Of a stretch of 55,698 bases of DNA, positions 53,397-55,698 are shown piece by piece. Below the pieces are notes generated by a model. The model did no database searches. It was not told the DNA's origin and was given only the letters and a program-made list of their open reading frames with translations. Source of the DNA: a virus (Duplodnaviria > Caudoviricetes); the IMG/VR virus record IMGVR_UViG_3300009706_000010, positions 1 to 55,698 of that record, one strand, 5' to 3'. Both the position numbers and the translations under genes were made by a program. How positions within the stretch are numbered: the stretch's first letter is position 1; each line of letters opens with the position of its first letter.

Positions 53397-53934
53397 CCTG
53401 ACCATCGAGACGGGGCGATTCGGCGCGAACGTCTGGTGCCATCTGGAGGAGGGAGATCCGTGCGCTCAGGCGGAAAGCTTCGTGATCGCAACCGGCGCTA
53501 CGCAGGCGGAAGCGGTGAGCGCCGCGATTGAGTCACTGGCTGATGCCGGTGCGCGGCTGAGCATCCACCGACCGCAATTTGTCACGCCGCGCTTCCCTGT
53601 CCCATCGCTCGATGAGGCGCTTGAGCCGCAGCCGAGCCTGTTCGAGACGCACCCGCCCTTCAAAGGGGAGACGTATGACCCGGAGTTGGACGGCGAGCGG
53701 CTGACGGGACAGTTGGCAATCACGAAATCTCACATGCTGCTGTATTTCCCGGTGTGGCAGAGCCTTTCGGAGATTCGGGCAGCAACGGGATACCCGGAGG
53801 CGAGCATCAGCGCCCGGCTTCGCGATCTCACGCATGACCGGTTCGGAGGCTTCATCAAGCAGAAGCGGCGCCGGACACGCGGAACATGGGAATACCGGAT
53901 CGTGCCGGTAGGAGGTGACGCGGATGCAGAGTGA
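53389..53934 (+). CDS. Protein with C-terminal winged HTH
   Basis: W.SL.EI..ATG.PEASISARLRDL...FGG.......WEYR. Confidence 0.7.
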   Translation: MLNLTIETGRFGANVWCHLEEGDPCAQAESFVIATGATQAEAVSAAIESLADAGARLSIHRPQFVTPRFPVPSLDEALEPQPSLFETHPPFKGETYDPELDGERLTGQLAITKSHMLLYFPVWQSLSEIRAATGYPEASISARLRDLTHDRFGGFIKQKRRRTRGTWEYRIVPVGGDADAE

Positions 53935-54211
53935 CAGGCAGGAACAGCGGCAGGCTCGGCAGGTTGAAGACGAGCGCTATCGGATTGCGGCAGCGAAGCT
54001 CACCGGGCATTCGTTCCGGCCTGAATGCGAGGTGCGCCGGACGGCGAGTAACGATGGAGCGTTCATCGGCATCGAGGTATGGGTGCAGAAGGCTCAACTC
54101 GACAAGCTCGCTCCACCGATGACCTTCGCTTGTATGTATTGCGGTGTGCTCGTGCTGGCGCATGGCGAGGAGCAGGCCCGGGCGGCAGGCGTGTGGATGC
54201 GGTTCAGATGA
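53915..54211 (+). CDS. Hypothetical protein
   Basis: ORF with GAF....VWV; GGAGG SD nearby. Confidence 0.45.
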   Translation: MTRMQSDRQEQRQARQVEDERYRIAAAKLTGHSFRPECEVRRTASNDGAFIGIEVWVQKAQLDKLAPPMTFACMYCGVLVLAHGEEQARAAGVWMRFR

Positions 54212-54323
54212 CGGTGCACACCTGCTCAGTGAGAGGCGTGGGCTTCCCGTGCTTGCTCTGTCAGCGAACAGGATCGACACAGGCGTTTACAGCGGCGGTG
54301 GATGAGATCGTCGGCAGGGACGC

Positions 54324-54575
54324 ATGACGCTGTTCCTGCTCGCGGCTTACACCGTCATCTTCCTGCTGTGTTGGAATTTCCGCAGGCGCCTGTTCCTGCT
54401 TCTGCTGACCGGAGTCGGGGTGTATTTCTGGCTCTGGTATGTCGCCGCGATCGAGGTGCATGAGGCGTTCGGGCTCTGGTGGCCGACGGTCTTGGCGTTC
54501 GTCGCCGTCGTGATATTCGCGCTCCAGTCATGCTACCGGGCGGCGGTGGACTGGCAGAAGGGGAAACGACCGTGA
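54324..54575 (+). CDS. Small membrane protein (about 3 TM segments)
   Basis: Three hydrophobic stretches. Confidence 0.55.
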   Translation: MTLFLLAAYTVIFLLCWNFRRRLFLLLLTGVGVYFWLWYVAAIEVHEAFGLWWPTVLAFVAVVIFALQSCYRAAVDWQKGKRP

Positions 54576-54760
54576 CTTGGGCTGAGTTCAAGGCGTCTGT
54601 TGAGAAGGCCGGTGTTCAGGACTCCGATGACATAGCCTACATCGATGTGGGGATGTTCTCTGGAGGCGTTGAGGCACATCGGGACGGGCCTTGCTGGCGG
54701 CGGGTGTGCTGTATGCCGCGACTGTAGACGGGCTCGTGATCTGGAACGAGAGGAGAAACG

Positions 54761-55510
54761 ATGACGACTGAGACAGACGGCCCGGGATGGATAGGCCACT
54801 TCAAATGCTCCTACTGCCCGAAGACATGGAGTTACCGCAGCGCGTGGGGCTATCTGCGCCTGCTTCCTGCTGTCATCTGGCATGAGACGCTGTGTGGAGT
54901 CGGTCGTGATCCTGCCTTCGATGAGGACGTGAGCCACGACAACCCATGCGCTCAGCCTCTACGGCGCGGCGGTAAGGTCGCGCCTCCTGAGCCATGGCCC
55001 GGCCCACCTGAGCGGGTCACAGGAGTTGACCTCGCCTCCGGCTCTGATCGGACGGTGATCCATCGGCCACCCTTCCCACCGAACAGAGGCATCAAGGAAG
55101 GCAGACGGGAGTCTACTCCACCATCCGGGGGTATCCCCCTTCGCCGTGCGCCTGATCGCGTTCAGTCGAAAGGCTGCGGCATTTGCGCTCACTGGCGGCG
55201 CGATGCGGTCAGCGGCACACCCATCGGGGATTGCGGCATCCGGTCATGGTGGAGAACCGCAGCGGAAGACACCTGCCCTGATTGGACACAAGTGGGCCAG
55301 CACCGGGAAGCCGGAGAGGCGGCGGCGCAGCCAGCGGCAGGCCCGGGCCAGTGTCGTGACTGTCGCTCATGGGCCGAGCCTGCCGGACAGGACGTTGAGC
55401 CATGGCGCAGGGAAGGGACGTGTTGCAACCTTGGTAGCCAGCGGCAGACCACGAAGGCGCTGGACTCCTGCCTTGAATGGCAAGCGGCGCGGCATGTCGA
55501 GACACCATGA
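54761..55510 (+). CDS. Cys-rich hypothetical protein with two C..C..W...G.C...C..W repeats
   Basis: GAGGAG SD; CGICAHW..GDC..TCPDW and CRDCRSW..GTC..SCLEW. Confidence 0.5.
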   Translation: MTTETDGPGWIGHFKCSYCPKTWSYRSAWGYLRLLPAVIWHETLCGVGRDPAFDEDVSHDNPCAQPLRRGGKVAPPEPWPGPPERVTGVDLASGSDRTVIHRPPFPPNRGIKEGRRESTPPSGGIPLRRAPDRVQSKGCGICAHWRRDAVSGTPIGDCGIRSWWRTAAEDTCPDWTQVGQHREAGEAAAQPAAGPGQCRDCRSWAEPAGQDVEPWRREGTCCNLGSQRQTTKALDSCLEWQAARHVETP

Positions 55511-55657
55511 AGGGCAGGCCGGTATCGGTATCCCTATGGGTATAGAGGTATCCCTACCTCCGGCGCTTCCCACCGGAAACAGAAAACCGAGGACCGCCCG
55601 GCGCTACCGGAACGTCTGGAGGGAGCAGGACCGGCGACTGGCTACCGGCTGCTGGGT

Positions 55658-55698
55658 ATATACCCTGTGGATTTGGGCGGAGTGAGGCGCCGAAAGAC
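55658..55698. repeat. Terminal direct repeat, right copy
   Basis: atataccctgtggatttGggcggagtgaggcgccgaaagac; single A/G mismatch versus 1-41. Confidence 0.95.

Noticed and set aside
55146-55685. 179-aa ORF near the right end
   Set aside because: Overlaps 54761-55510 out of frame and runs through the repeat-rich terminal region; no recognisable motifs

Overview
The window looks like a complete ~55.7 kb tailed dsDNA phage genome (siphovirus-like, HK97-type head). A 41-bp terminal overlap with one mismatch closes it into a circle. Essentially all credible genes are on the + strand, and I recognise no integrase, cI/cro switch, tRNA or CRISPR array. Gene order: HNH, TerS, an inserted enzyme cluster (ParB-like, glycosyltransferase-like, 2OG-Fe/cupin-like, SAM methyltransferase, IbrA/IbrB-like PP-loop and ParB pair), TerL, portal, S49 protease, capsid, neck and tail genes (two tail-tube paralogues, a -1 frameshifted tail chaperone, a 1382-aa tape measure) and lysis genes. 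An accessory/early region (29.7-42.5 kb and 52.3-53.4 kb) and a recombination/replication block (annealing protein, PD-(D/E)xK nuclease, primase-helicase, origin-like inverted repeat, cold-shock protein, Dam-like methyltransferase) follow. Most notable observations: (1) 13 copies of a ~45-bp promoter/operator element at gene junctions, most placing an ATG at the expected +1 (leaderless cassettes) and overlapping a TTGAT-N3-ATCAW palindrome; (2) an AAA+ ATPase with Walker B before Walker A, near DUF1257/DUF2997/DUF3150-like genes; (3) a shared C-terminal R-[KR]-[IF]-x-[FT]-acidic tail on four unrelated proteins; (4) one ~70-aa domain inserted into three different virion proteins. Family names come from motif recognition, not database searches.
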